Shown here in pieces: positions 33,322 to 42,958 of a stretch of 64,000 nucleotides of DNA. The position numbers and the translations under genes are program-made. How positions within the stretch are numbered: the stretch's first letter is position 1; every line of letters starts with the position of its first letter. The stretch lies in IMG/VR virus record IMGVR_UViG_3300044957_000763, positions 186,001 through 250,000 of that record; one strand, written 5' to 3'. A model generated the notes under the pieces. That model was not told the origin of the DNA, did not search any database, and worked only from the letters and a program-made list of their open reading frames with translations.

Positions 33322-33879
33322 ATGGACAAATTAGACATCAAAGATTATATCCCAGCAGCAATTCGCACAGAAAGCCATACATCTGGCCAGGTTTATGAAA
33401 GGGTAATGGGCAACGCCGATATGCGTGCAGAAATGAATATAGCATTCGGTATGTTTATTGAAGCCGCCCAATCTCTTGACCGCATCAAGAAATACCTTTA
33501 CTACAAAAAACCAACTGAGTTTGTTGAGGCTGAGTCAAACTTAGACGCAGTGGCTAATTTTAGGGCTTTGAATGAAGACAAAATGTCTCGTTTGTTCCAT
33601 GCTGTGCTTGGTATGTGTACAGAAGCCGGCGAATTGCTTGAAGCATTTGACGCCATGATGTATCGCGGCGAGAACCTTGATGTCGACAATTTGTTTGAAG
33701 AAATGGGAGACAGTATGTGGTATTTTGCAATAGGGTGCAGTTCGATGGGTTTTGACCCGAATGAACTACTCGGTCGCAATATTGCAAAGTTGAAAGCGCG
33801 TTATCCAGAAAAGTTCACAGTTGAAAACGCTTTGAATCGCGACCTGGATGCAGAGAAAGCGGCTTTGAAAGGCGTATGA
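33322..33879 (+). CDS. MazG-like NTP pyrophosphohydrolase
   Basis: LGMCTEAGELLE...EEMGDSMWY...NIAKLKARYPEKF. Confidence 0.9.
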   Translation: MDKLDIKDYIPAAIRTESHTSGQVYERVMGNADMRAEMNIAFGMFIEAAQSLDRIKKYLYYKKPTEFVEAESNLDAVANFRALNEDKMSRLFHAVLGMCTEAGELLEAFDAMMYRGENLDVDNLFEEMGDSMWYFAIGCSSMGFDPNELLGRNIAKLKARYPEKFTVENALNRDLDAEKAALKGV

Positions 33880-33881
33880 TT

Positions 33882-34265
33882 TCAGCTATGTGGCTCAACA
33901 ATCATATCAAGCAGTGAACTCTTGCGACTTATCAGGATAGAAATTGCCTCTTGTAACAAAGGGTACTTGGCACGTTCAAGTACCCTTTGTAATTCTGCGA
34001 TGGTCAGTGATTTGATTAGTGCGTTTTCTTCTTGCTCATTCTTTGACACATATTTGTCAATAAGCAATTCTACACCGTCATCGTCACTTAGGCAAAGCCA
34101 CTGAACATCTGAATTGTGGGGTTCAACATTGGTTCTGAAATATTCTAGCCCGCCGTCAATGAAATATGTTTTGTCCCCAACTTCAAATGACACATAATCG
34201 TGTCTATGCCAAGATTTATAAATCTGACCTGTTGATGTAACCATGACGGCATTTTGAATCAGCAT
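33882..34265 (-). CDS. Conserved phage hypothetical protein
   Basis: IQNAV...KSWHRHDYV...FIDGGLEYFR. Confidence 0.75.
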   Translation of the reverse strand: MLIQNAVMVTSTGQIYKSWHRHDYVSFEVGDKTYFIDGGLEYFRTNVEPHNSDVQWLCLSDDDGVELLIDKYVSKNEQEENALIKSLTIAELQRVLERAKYPLLQEAISILISRKSSLLDMIVEPHS

Positions 34266-34271
34266 GCTTTA

Positions 34272-34718
34272 TTATAGCATGGTCAAAGCCTGGTGGGCTT
34301 CATCATTATATAGCTCGTTCGCAGCGGACTCTACGGCTTGTATTTCTACAGTCGCTGACTCCCATGCATTTTTGACTTTATCTGTCGAGTTTGATGTGTA
34401 AAATACACGCAGTTTATCGTAATCAGGTGCAATCGGCCGGAGCACAACCCTGGAGTATCCACCGTCGTTTAGGTAATATTCACGACCTTCATACAATGCC
34501 TCGAGAATATCTTTATCGCTTTTTGGTCGCTCTTGTTCGCGGCGCGCATTGCCGGTTAGTTTGAAATCTAAAGCCTCAAACACTTGTCTGAGCTTGGACA
34601 AGTTGTAACGCTTAGGCTCCGTAATAGTACTGTCAACAATGTCGGCGGCCTGGTGTTCGCCGTTACTGTCAAGTGTTTGTGCCAGTACTATTCGAGCATC
34701 TATGGAACTGAGATTCAT
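34272..34718 (-). CDS. Hypothetical protein with LAxxLDxxGxxxxADxxD motif
   Basis: LAQTLDSNGEHQAADIVD. Confidence 0.7.
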   Translation of the reverse strand: MNLSSIDARIVLAQTLDSNGEHQAADIVDSTITEPKRYNLSKLRQVFEALDFKLTGNARREQERPKSDKDILEALYEGREYYLNDGGYSRVVLRPIAPDYDKLRVFYTSNSTDKVKNAWESATVEIQAVESAANELYNDEAHQALTML

Positions 34719-34720
34719 GA

Positions 34721-35686
34721 TTAGATATTGAGCGTTCTTGCAAATCCTAGCTTCAGTGTACCATTTAATACAGTGGGTGTTGCACGAATCCAATATCTGG
34801 ATGGATTGTATGACATCCCCATTGGCAGTTGGTTGCCGGCAATGATGTCATCAATCATTAGTTTCAACGGGTCAGTTGATAATTGTGCAGGCCCCCATCC
34901 TGCCAACGTAGGCAAGGCAAGTGTTCCTGAATAGTTGAATTCTCCAGGTGTTGCTTGCCCGTCAGATGTGTTGTCTATGGGCGTAAATGTAGTCCACGTT
35001 GCTGTGTCTGCTCGGTAATATTGCCACGTGAACTGACCCGTGGTTTGGGCACCAGAGTAAATTTGGAATTCAAGAGCACTAAACGATTTGTCTGAGCCAA
35101 AATACATAGTATCGTTGGTGCTACTAAAACACACAGGAGCATCTCCATAATTTGTAGGTGGACTGTTCCATGCCAGCATTGATGTTAAGTCTGTGGCCCT
35201 GGTGTCACCTGTGGTTAGCCTAAGCGCTCTAAATTGCCTGTCATCCTTGTATGGAGCAGCGTCAGTTGCTTCAATTTCGATAGGAACTCTAGCAAATCCA
35301 TCTACTGTAACCCGGAATGTTGCGCCAGTTGTAAATGTCGCACCAATAACCATATACAGATAGCCTGCTCGATAGTTGTCGCGTGTTTGTGAGTTGACAT
35401 CGAATTCATACCATTGAACAGCACCGCCGGACTGCGTTAGTTTATCAAGGATATATTGCTGTTGGTCGTCTACGTTAGCCGCACGATATGCTGCACCATC
35501 AGACAGCAAAGTCACTGTCATACTGCCAAACGTTTCGTTTGATGAAATGACAATGCGCTCAACGGTTGAATATGACGGCCAAGGAATGGTCACATACATA
35601 ACGGTTCCACCAGCCAGCGCCGGTGGCGAGGTCACTGTTGAACTCAGTGCCTTTCTTGGGTTTACGATACCTGCATAAATACTCAC
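34721..35686 (-). CDS. Putative virion structural protein
   Basis: Beta-rich Thr/Gly sequence, RYWIR C-terminal motif. Confidence 0.6.
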   Translation of the reverse strand: MSIYAGIVNPRKALSSTVTSPPALAGGTVMYVTIPWPSYSTVERIVISSNETFGSMTVTLLSDGAAYRAANVDDQQQYILDKLTQSGGAVQWYEFDVNSQTRDNYRAGYLYMVIGATFTTGATFRVTVDGFARVPIEIEATDAAPYKDDRQFRALRLTTGDTRATDLTSMLAWNSPPTNYGDAPVCFSSTNDTMYFGSDKSFSALEFQIYSGAQTTGQFTWQYYRADTATWTTFTPIDNTSDGQATPGEFNYSGTLALPTLAGWGPAQLSTDPLKLMIDDIIAGNQLPMGMSYNPSRYWIRATPTVLNGTLKLGFARTLNI

Positions 35687-35759
35687 GGCTAAATTTTAGG
35701 CGACTAGTACAGTCGAACCTCCTATTTGTATGTTAGCAGTAAGTGATTCATGCACCTAT

Positions 35760-36362
35760 CTAGCCAATTTGAAATGGCAGATTCATATTTCCGCCACCAA
35801 GCATTCCGCCACCTTGTTGCATCTTGCGGGCCTGTTCGGCCTCTAGCCACTGGAAAAATTCCTCGACTTCGTCATTATATGGCGCAACTGATTGCGCAGG
35901 AGCCATTCTTCCTGCGGGTGCATAAGTCCCAGGAACATTTGCAGGTGCATTGGTGCTTCTTGGGGCCACTTCGATTTGTGACCTTCGCGTTTGCTGCGGT
36001 GCTGGTACTCCGCGCAAACCAAAAGCATTCATATCTGTGACTGGTTGCTGTTGTACTTGTGGTGACCCTTGGTATTTTGACCTACGGAATCGCCAAAAAT
36101 CTCTAGCACCACGTGCAATTGTATTATGCATTTCTTTCAGTGATTTGATGTCTGCATCTACGCTTTTAATCATGCTGGCCTGTTGTGTGGTCAATTTTTG
36201 TACTTCTTGTGCTGCCGCCGCAGCTTTGTCATATGATTGACCGAATGTCTCTGGCATAGAAACGGCCTGCGCCATTCGAATATTGTCGATAACATCTGCT
36301 TGTGTATATTTGCCAGCTTTGTCGAGATTATCTGCAAGTGATAATAGATATGAATTGAGCAT
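35760..36362 (-). CDS. Hypothetical protein with LAxxLDxxGxxxxADxxD motif
   Basis: LADNLDKAGKYTQADVID. Confidence 0.7.
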   Translation of the reverse strand: MLNSYLLSLADNLDKAGKYTQADVIDNIRMAQAVSMPETFGQSYDKAAAAAQEVQKLTTQQASMIKSVDADIKSLKEMHNTIARGARDFWRFRRSKYQGSPQVQQQPVTDMNAFGLRGVPAPQQTRRSQIEVAPRSTNAPANVPGTYAPAGRMAPAQSVAPYNDEVEEFFQWLEAEQARKMQQGGGMLGGGNMNLPFQIG

Positions 36363-37369
36363 TATGCCTCACCGCCGCCATTTGGTGCGTAGTATTCGCC
36401 AAGCCTGTCGTTCCACCCAGACAAATTTGATGTCAGTGAACTGATTTCTGTTTGAATTTGAAAGAACTGCCCTCTTACTTTTGCATAAGCAGACTTAGAC
36501 ATATTGTACTGACCTTCCATTGAGGTCGCACGTTGTTTGTTGATGCCATGTCGTCGCCTCATTTCTTGGACGAATGTGACCAATTGCGCCTGCAATTCAT
36601 TGATTTGTTGTACATTTATGGATTTCTGCGGGTCTGAGCTGAGTGTAGCTGCAGCCGTAGTTTGCGTTGTTGTGGGGTTTCCAGTATTATCAGTAGTATT
36701 TTCTGAACTAGTATTGGTGGTTTGTGTTGATTCACCTCTTGACAATCGTTCCATTTGCTCTCCACGGTCACGCCATGTTTTGGCTATTTTATAAAAATCT
36801 TGCATTTTCTTAATGTCTTTTTCTGCATTTGCAGCATTTATTAATGCTTGTGCATGCGCTATGTCCGCCGCGGCAGCGGCCTTATATGCTTCCGGGGTTT
36901 TGATATACATTGCTTGCTGAAATGCCAACTCAGCAGCTCTACGGGTTGCTTCTGAGACTTCTGCGGACCTGGTCATATTGACAACGGTACTACCAGTTTT
37001 TTGCACAACTTCTGTATTTTCCACGTTAATTCCGCCGACTATTCCTTGAACAGCGCTTTCGGCTCTTGAAAGATATTGCGGATTAATTCGCGCACTGTTC
37101 AACAGCATCATGGCCATTTTTACTTTTGGTTCAAGCTGTCGCATATACGCTTCTGATTGTTCAAATGTTTTGAGGGCACTCACGTAAGAATCCTTTGTTC
37201 GATTGAGGTCTTCTAGCGAGTTTTGTAAATCTTCTGATGATGAGCGATATTGTCTTTCTAGTCTTTTGATTTGTCTGGGTCCGGTTAACAGCACTCTTGG
37301 AGACAGCATAACTGACTGTTCTACTGAATCATCATTGTTTGTGTCTTGTGTTTGTGCAATGCGCTTCAT
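36362..37369 (-). CDS. Coiled-coil hypothetical protein
   Basis: 335-aa helical, Ala/Gln/Thr-rich. Confidence 0.7.
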   Translation of the reverse strand: MKRIAQTQDTNNDDSVEQSVMLSPRVLLTGPRQIKRLERQYRSSSEDLQNSLEDLNRTKDSYVSALKTFEQSEAYMRQLEPKVKMAMMLLNSARINPQYLSRAESAVQGIVGGINVENTEVVQKTGSTVVNMTRSAEVSEATRRAAELAFQQAMYIKTPEAYKAAAAADIAHAQALINAANAEKDIKKMQDFYKIAKTWRDRGEQMERLSRGESTQTTNTSSENTTDNTGNPTTTQTTAAATLSSDPQKSINVQQINELQAQLVTFVQEMRRRHGINKQRATSMEGQYNMSKSAYAKVRGQFFQIQTEISSLTSNLSGWNDRLGEYYAPNGGGEA

Positions 37370-37437
37370 AATCGTCTCTGCGTTAATGATGAATGAACAC
37401 CCTCAACTATTGTTTTAGGTTTTGAGTTTGTGCTCAC

Positions 37438-37668
37438 CTACATTTGCTGATTCAAAGTTTCTTTCCAATTTGAGCCAACAAGTCGCACCAATATATCGTT
37501 GAGTACATCCGGTTTTATACCAGAAATCAATTCACCAAGCAGTGTTCTCATACCTTGTTCGCTAAGTTCCAATATGTAAACCGCATCACTGTCAGACATA
37601 CCAATTCTAAATGTCCGATGGCAAACTTCATTGGTGATATCGCAATATGTTACGGTTTTAGTCGCCAT
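37438..37668 (-). CDS. Hypothetical protein
   Basis: 76-aa ORF. Confidence 0.6.
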   Translation of the reverse strand: MATKTVTYCDITNEVCHRTFRIGMSDSDAVYILELSEQGMRTLLGELISGIKPDVLNDILVRLVGSNWKETLNQQM

Positions 37669-38104
37669 TTGATAATGTGATATGGTTAATTGTTTGTTGA
37701 AAATGACCTGGACTGAACGGGAATACGTAAATGTATTTCTGAAGACCGGCTTCGTTTAGTGCTGCAGTAATTCTCTTCGCACCACTTGAATTGAATGTAT
37801 GCACGATGGCATATTCTGGCTGTTTTTCTTCATCGAGTTCTGTGACCAAAAAGACAGCAACGTCATATCCGGTCATTTCACTGCCATAATCAGCGTTTTC
37901 TCCATTCTCTATAAATGCACTGTAGTGCTCGTCACTTAAATCATGGTCAAAACAAACGATGTCGTATTTTGGGTTTTCGCTTAGGTATTTAATAGCACTT
38001 TTGGCGTCTTGGGCCCAATCCACATGTGTCACTCCGGTGCCAATTATAACACTCTTAAATGCCTTATGTCGGTTCTCGTTGTCATCTAAAAACAAAACTC
38101 GCAT
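37658..38104 (-). CDS. Cyclic-phosphate-processing receiver-like domain protein
   Basis: MRVLFLDD, CFDHDL, TGYDVA, IVHTFNSSGAKRI. Confidence 0.8.
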   Translation of the reverse strand: MRVLFLDDNENRHKAFKSVIIGTGVTHVDWAQDAKSAIKYLSENPKYDIVCFDHDLSDEHYSAFIENGENADYGSEMTGYDVAVFLVTELDEEKQPEYAIVHTFNSSGAKRITAALNEAGLQKYIYVFPFSPGHFQQTINHITLSNGD

Positions 38105-38169
38105 ACTCTATTATAGACAATTCTGTAGTAGGAATGAGCACTAATTGAATTGAATAAGTAGTATAGGAC

Positions 38170-38886
38170 ATGGCACTAATCGACCCTTCCGATATAACTG
38201 AGCTTACAGACAGGCTTGGCGACGCTGAGTTAGCCTTAATAACTGCCAGGGACATTAACACCAATGGCTCAGCCATGAATCGCCTCGCCGCCGCTCGAGA
38301 TTATGTTTATGACATGGGCGCAACGCTTAATGGCACGGAATTCGATAACATTTTGGCTTTGGCTACGTCTATTCGTGGTTCTGAGGTTACCATGATGGAC
38401 TATCTCGAAACCACCCTTGAAGATTCAGTTAATGCTTTGAACACCTATTTTGTTAATACTGTTGGAAAGGCGATGCGTGCGTATTACACAGGCATTGATG
38501 TGGCCACAACAGTGACTTGGGATGTCAACTTTAGGTCTTTATGGAGAAGGATAAGAGAAGAAGAAATAATTATTGCATTGGCAACTGGTTCTCGTTCTGG
38601 TGGTACATGGAGTGTAAGTTACGACGCAGATGGTATTGAGCTTCCGTCTGGTCTTGAGGTTCGTACAGAAGCACTGGTTGGTGCAAGCGATATCATTGTT
38701 ACACTAGTTTTAGATGTGGACGACACGACAACTGCGACAATTGGCATTCGAATACCTGCAGAAACTGTTGCAGACACTGCTTTCACTGTACAAAACACGC
38801 TATACACAGAGTTTATCGGAGTGTCTTCAATGTCTGTTACCGGTGGAACTAATGGCGATTCTATTAAACTTTGGGTGGGTGTGTAA
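38170..38886 (+). CDS. Putative structural protein, paralog family A (copy 1)
   Basis: Ends GGTNGDSIKLWVGV; similar to 38886..39587 and 50193..50909. Confidence 0.75.
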   Translation: MALIDPSDITELTDRLGDAELALITARDINTNGSAMNRLAAARDYVYDMGATLNGTEFDNILALATSIRGSEVTMMDYLETTLEDSVNALNTYFVNTVGKAMRAYYTGIDVATTVTWDVNFRSLWRRIREEEIIIALATGSRSGGTWSVSYDADGIELPSGLEVRTEALVGASDIIVTLVLDVDDTTTATIGIRIPAETVADTAFTVQNTLYTEFIGVSSMSVTGGTNGDSIKLWVGV

Positions 38887-39587
38887 TGTCTTTAACAACT
38901 GCTGCAAATATCCTTTCTATCACAACTGCATTAGGCGAAGCCTACACAGACCTTCAGGCCACCATTGACGACGGGAGTCCTTCAAGTGCACTCAGTAAAT
39001 TAATTGCCGCACGTCAAGAGATTGATACACAACAAGCTGAGTCAGATTTTGATGAGGCCACTGCGTGGATGTCTGATGTACGAGACAATGAAACATCACT
39101 TGAGAACACCATTAACAATGCTCTTGACGAAGCTGTTAATGCATGCAATACGTATTATGTGTCTGCACAAAACAGTAGTTTCAAGTCTTATTGGCATGGT
39201 CGCAGTGCATCATACCTGGTGTCTTTTACAACAGCATTTAGAAACCTGTGGAGACTGGTGCGTGATGAAGAGTTATGCGTATTGTTGTCTTCCAAAACCA
39301 AAAGCGGCGGTGTTTGGCAATCAACATCTACTATTAATACATTAGGCCGCGAGACCACATTAGACTTGCGCGCTGGTTCAGCTATCGGCGGTGCTGACAT
39401 TACAGTAACTTTGACTTTAGTACGCGGTAGCGGTGTTGTAGATGTTATTGTTATGACAATACCAGCCGGCGCAGCGTTGGATACATACTATCCAATCAAT
39501 GGTTCAATTGAGTATCTAACGATTACCGACATATCATGCACAGGCGGCACCAATTCTGACATTGTTGAAGTCTGGGTTCGGCCATAA
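38886..39587 (+). CDS. Putative structural protein, paralog family A (copy 2)
   Basis: FRNLWRLVRDEEL, GGTNSDIVEVWVRP. Confidence 0.75.
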   Translation: MSLTTAANILSITTALGEAYTDLQATIDDGSPSSALSKLIAARQEIDTQQAESDFDEATAWMSDVRDNETSLENTINNALDEAVNACNTYYVSAQNSSFKSYWHGRSASYLVSFTTAFRNLWRLVRDEELCVLLSSKTKSGGVWQSTSTINTLGRETTLDLRAGSAIGGADITVTLTLVRGSGVVDVIVMTIPAGAALDTYYPINGSIEYLTITDISCTGGTNSDIVEVWVRP

Positions 39588-41930
39588 TCATACTTTGTCA
39601 TTAGTTATTTTTTTGATTTCATGATTGATTTTGACTGGATAACGAATCGGCCTATCGTTGATTATTGTTTTTTCGTGCTTCTCTGATTCCAAAAGCAATT
39701 TATCTTTTTGTTTTCTGGATATAGATTCTTCGTGATGCCTGAGTTTTATGGGAGTAAGAATTCTTTGGTAGTCCGCATGGGTGTCATAGTTCCATATGTA
39801 TCCAGCGCAGTTTTTAGGACCAGCAAATGGTCTTTCTTTATTTACCATACCTGTCTTTTGTGCCCTAAGAGTATAGTCTATGTGCTCGCTACCATAAAAC
39901 CCAAAATCAGTACACAATCCGCCGAGCGCGTCGTACATTGATTTCGTGAAGAACAATAAAGCACCATATGCTTTGTTATAGCACTCTATTCCATTGGGCT
40001 GTTCAGTAATAGTGTTGTGATAATTGTTTCCGTACAACAAATGCTGGTACCCACTTTGTTGGTGTGCGTCAATATATAGCTCCATCCAACCGTTGTCTAT
40101 TGGAAATGTATCGTCATCAAATAGAAAATAGTAACTGTAAGAATCTCCTAACAAATACAGGCAACTGTTTTTTGCCTGAGCGATACCAACCTGCTCCGCT
40201 CCATAATAATAGTTGTCATCCAGTTCGTACTTCTTTACGATTGCCTGATTCTTCAATCTTAGTGCCGGGTCGCTTGCGTCGTCGTAAATTACAAGGTGTT
40301 TTAATTGGTCTTCAGTGCTGTATGTCTTGAAGTGCAGTAAACACGCGTCCAGCATATCTGGCCTATTACGTGTTGTAATGGCTATTCCTGAATTTGCTGT
40401 TATGTGTTGCAAGACTATGTTTTGATTGCACTCGAGATTATCATTGGGTAATCCAACATAGTCTACTTCTGGTATGTCGAATAATACATTGTATTCTGGG
40501 GGGCAGTAAACATAAATTCTTGACAAAGGCATGTTTCTTCGCTTTTCTTTGATTTGCTTGAGTGCGCTAATAGAGTTGTGTATTGGTCCGTTAAAATGAA
40601 GTGAAACATGCACTCCAAATCCAAGATAACCATATCTGTCTGCAAACAATTGTTTGTTGTCTAAAATGTATTTTTGTAAATTAGGTAACAGTTTTGACGT
40701 TTGTCCTTGTAGGTGCCTCATGGTGTTTGGCACTCCTGTCCATGTGTATCCTTTTAATCTGGCTCGACACGACCAATCGGTGTCTTCAAAATAGGCCATC
40801 TCATAGCTTTCATCAAATTCTCCAATGTTAAACCACACATCGCGCCTAAAAAACAACGCTTCTCCATTCGCATAGTCGCTATTTGCGAAATGCAAAGTCT
40901 GTGTTCCACCAATAAAGTTCGGGCTTGCTTTCATCATACTGGCGCATGATATACCACTTCGAATTGCCTCGGTATACAGTCTTGCAATACCACCAGGAAA
41001 TAACTCAACATCATTGTTGAGAACTGCTAATACTTTACCAGTTGCTTGATTCAATCCAGCATTCCATGCCCTTGAAACACCCTCATTCTTGGTGTTGTCA
41101 ATGACCTTGACACCTGATAGCGTTTTCAGCCATTGCCTAGTGCCGTCCGTGCTGGCATTATTTACTACAATGATTTCAGAACACGGGGCTTCTGTTTTTA
41201 ACTGCTCAAGCAGTTTTTGGGTACAAAATATGTTGTTGTAAACAGCAATTACAATAGATAACTCAGGCAACAGCTTAGACTGATGTGCGCGTATGTTATC
41301 ACTATTGTTTTTGCTTTGGTACCAATACCAGCGATACATATTCAGGTTGTCTTTGAAACTTTGGGTGTGTGGGTTTCCGGGTGATAAATGTTGCACTTTA
41401 ATATCGCATACCCAATTGTAATACCCCATGTCCTCGGTTTGTCTACACATCCACGCATCTAATAAATGAATGCCAGGCAATATTTCCGGGAACATCAACC
41501 TTTTGTCAGTAACCATGAAAACAGCATCTATAGTTCGGGCCATGCAATCCGTTTGACCGAAACACAACCACTCTCCTTGTTCCTTGACCCCGCCAAGGAA
41601 TGAATTTGCAGATTCATTGAACCATACTCCTCTTTGGTTGTTATTGACAGTACCTGCAATTCCAGCGAGTCCAATTTCTGGATGTTTTGCAAAAGTGCCA
41701 ATCACCTTTGCTGTGAAATTTTCGTCAATTAAGCGGGCATCTTGATGGCAATACACAAGGTACCTGCCCTTGGCTTGTTCGGTGCCTGCGTTATATGCCT
41801 GTGACATAGACTGATATTCTTGACCAAGTTCTATAAACTCGCAATCGACACCATCAAAAGACGCCACCATATCTTGATACAGTTCTTGATTGTTGACCCA
41901 ACTGATTACACTAAATAGAGGCGGCCGCAT
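39588..41930 (-). CDS. Multi-domain glycosyltransferase (glycosyltransferase-like plus two GT2 domains)
   Basis: YNAG..AKGRYLVYCHQD; IVVNNASTDGT..NEGVSRAWNAG..LNNDV; YFEDTDW; GIAQAKN..FLFDDDT. Confidence 0.9.
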   Translation of the reverse strand: MRPPLFSVISWVNNQELYQDMVASFDGVDCEFIELGQEYQSMSQAYNAGTEQAKGRYLVYCHQDARLIDENFTAKVIGTFAKHPEIGLAGIAGTVNNNQRGVWFNESANSFLGGVKEQGEWLCFGQTDCMARTIDAVFMVTDKRLMFPEILPGIHLLDAWMCRQTEDMGYYNWVCDIKVQHLSPGNPHTQSFKDNLNMYRWYWYQSKNNSDNIRAHQSKLLPELSIVIAVYNNIFCTQKLLEQLKTEAPCSEIIVVNNASTDGTRQWLKTLSGVKVIDNTKNEGVSRAWNAGLNQATGKVLAVLNNDVELFPGGIARLYTEAIRSGISCASMMKASPNFIGGTQTLHFANSDYANGEALFFRRDVWFNIGEFDESYEMAYFEDTDWSCRARLKGYTWTGVPNTMRHLQGQTSKLLPNLQKYILDNKQLFADRYGYLGFGVHVSLHFNGPIHNSISALKQIKEKRRNMPLSRIYVYCPPEYNVLFDIPEVDYVGLPNDNLECNQNIVLQHITANSGIAITTRNRPDMLDACLLHFKTYSTEDQLKHLVIYDDASDPALRLKNQAIVKKYELDDNYYYGAEQVGIAQAKNSCLYLLGDSYSYYFLFDDDTFPIDNGWMELYIDAHQQSGYQHLLYGNNYHNTITEQPNGIECYNKAYGALLFFTKSMYDALGGLCTDFGFYGSEHIDYTLRAQKTGMVNKERPFAGPKNCAGYIWNYDTHADYQRILTPIKLRHHEESISRKQKDKLLLESEKHEKTIINDRPIRYPVKINHEIKKITNDKV

Positions 41931-41992
41931 TGATTCACTTTATACATATCGTCGCAAACTATAAATAAGCCAACCATGGTACAATAAGAGTA

Positions 41993-42784
41993 ATGTCACG
42001 TCGTCGCGCAGTGTTGTCTGGTCAACACTATAGCAACATTAAGATGATTTCACCGGAAGGTGTCTTGATGTGTAGATTATCGGAGAGGAGAGCCCAGTGG
42101 TACCTTGACCGAGGTCTTGCTATATCCGAGGGGCCTAGTTCAATCAAGCTGACATTTACACCAAATGGACTGGGTGCCAACGGTCATACTTTCTACACAA
42201 GTGCGCACTTAGATATTTGTGTGGTTTGTGGTCGTACCGATGCTTTGTCTAGGCACCATTGTGTTCCTCATTGTTTTAGGAAACATTTTCCAGAAGAATA
42301 CAAGGTTCATAATTGGCATGACATTGTGTTATTGTGTGACGATTGTCACAATGGCTACGAAGAGGTGGCCCAATTGGTCAAAAACGATATGTTGCAAATT
42401 CCAGAGGAAGAATGGCAACAACGCAAAGACACGCTTCGTGCAATCAAGAACGCACACACGCTGGTATATCACCTAGACCTGATTCCAGAGTCTAAAAAGG
42501 TTCAAATCAGAGAAAGCCTGAGTGAATATCTTGAGGTTGAGAACGTGTCTGACGACCAAATCATTGAGCTGGCATTGAGAGACAGACCTTGTTTGTTAAC
42601 CGACGAAGACTGGAAACGAGTCGTTGATAACGTCGAAGACCTTGATGTTTTTGTGCGCTGGTGGAGACAACACTTTCTTGACACTATGGCACCAGAGTAT
42701 TTACCTCAGGGTTGGTCTGTCGACTCTCCAACCACCAGACACGATTTGGATATCGTGTCTGGTAGGATTGTTGTGCCCAGTTAG
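41993..42784 (+). CDS. HNH-containing protein resembling the EXD2 C-terminal region
   Basis: KMISPEGVLMCR..RAQWYLDRGLA; CVVCG..RHHCVPHCFRKHFP..HDIVLLCDDCH. Confidence 0.75.
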   Translation: MSRRRAVLSGQHYSNIKMISPEGVLMCRLSERRAQWYLDRGLAISEGPSSIKLTFTPNGLGANGHTFYTSAHLDICVVCGRTDALSRHHCVPHCFRKHFPEEYKVHNWHDIVLLCDDCHNGYEEVAQLVKNDMLQIPEEEWQQRKDTLRAIKNAHTLVYHLDLIPESKKVQIRESLSEYLEVENVSDDQIIELALRDRPCLLTDEDWKRVVDNVEDLDVFVRWWRQHFLDTMAPEYLPQGWSVDSPTTRHDLDIVSGRIVVPS

Positions 42785-42797
42785 TGTATAATCATAT

Positions 42798-42879
42798 TGT
42801 CTCATATTGGGGAATCTGGTGAGAATCCAGAACTGTATCGCAACGGTGTGTTGAAAGACGAGTCCGAATGCCAGAGACT
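42798..42879 (+). promoter_or_regulatory. Cobalamin riboswitch (compact)
   Basis: GGGAA-TCTGG-TGAGAAT-CCAGA-ACTG...CGCAACGGT...GAGTCCGAA-TGCC core; P1 GTCTC/GAGAC; TATAAT at 42787; SD-sequestering hairpin ACCCTC/GAGGGT downstream. Confidence 0.8.
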
Positions 42880-42958
42880 ATAATGCAAACCGCGAGTTAC
42901 GGTTGGGCTAGTTGAATCTGTTTGATTTCAACCCTCAATTTCACTCACGGAGGGTAAC

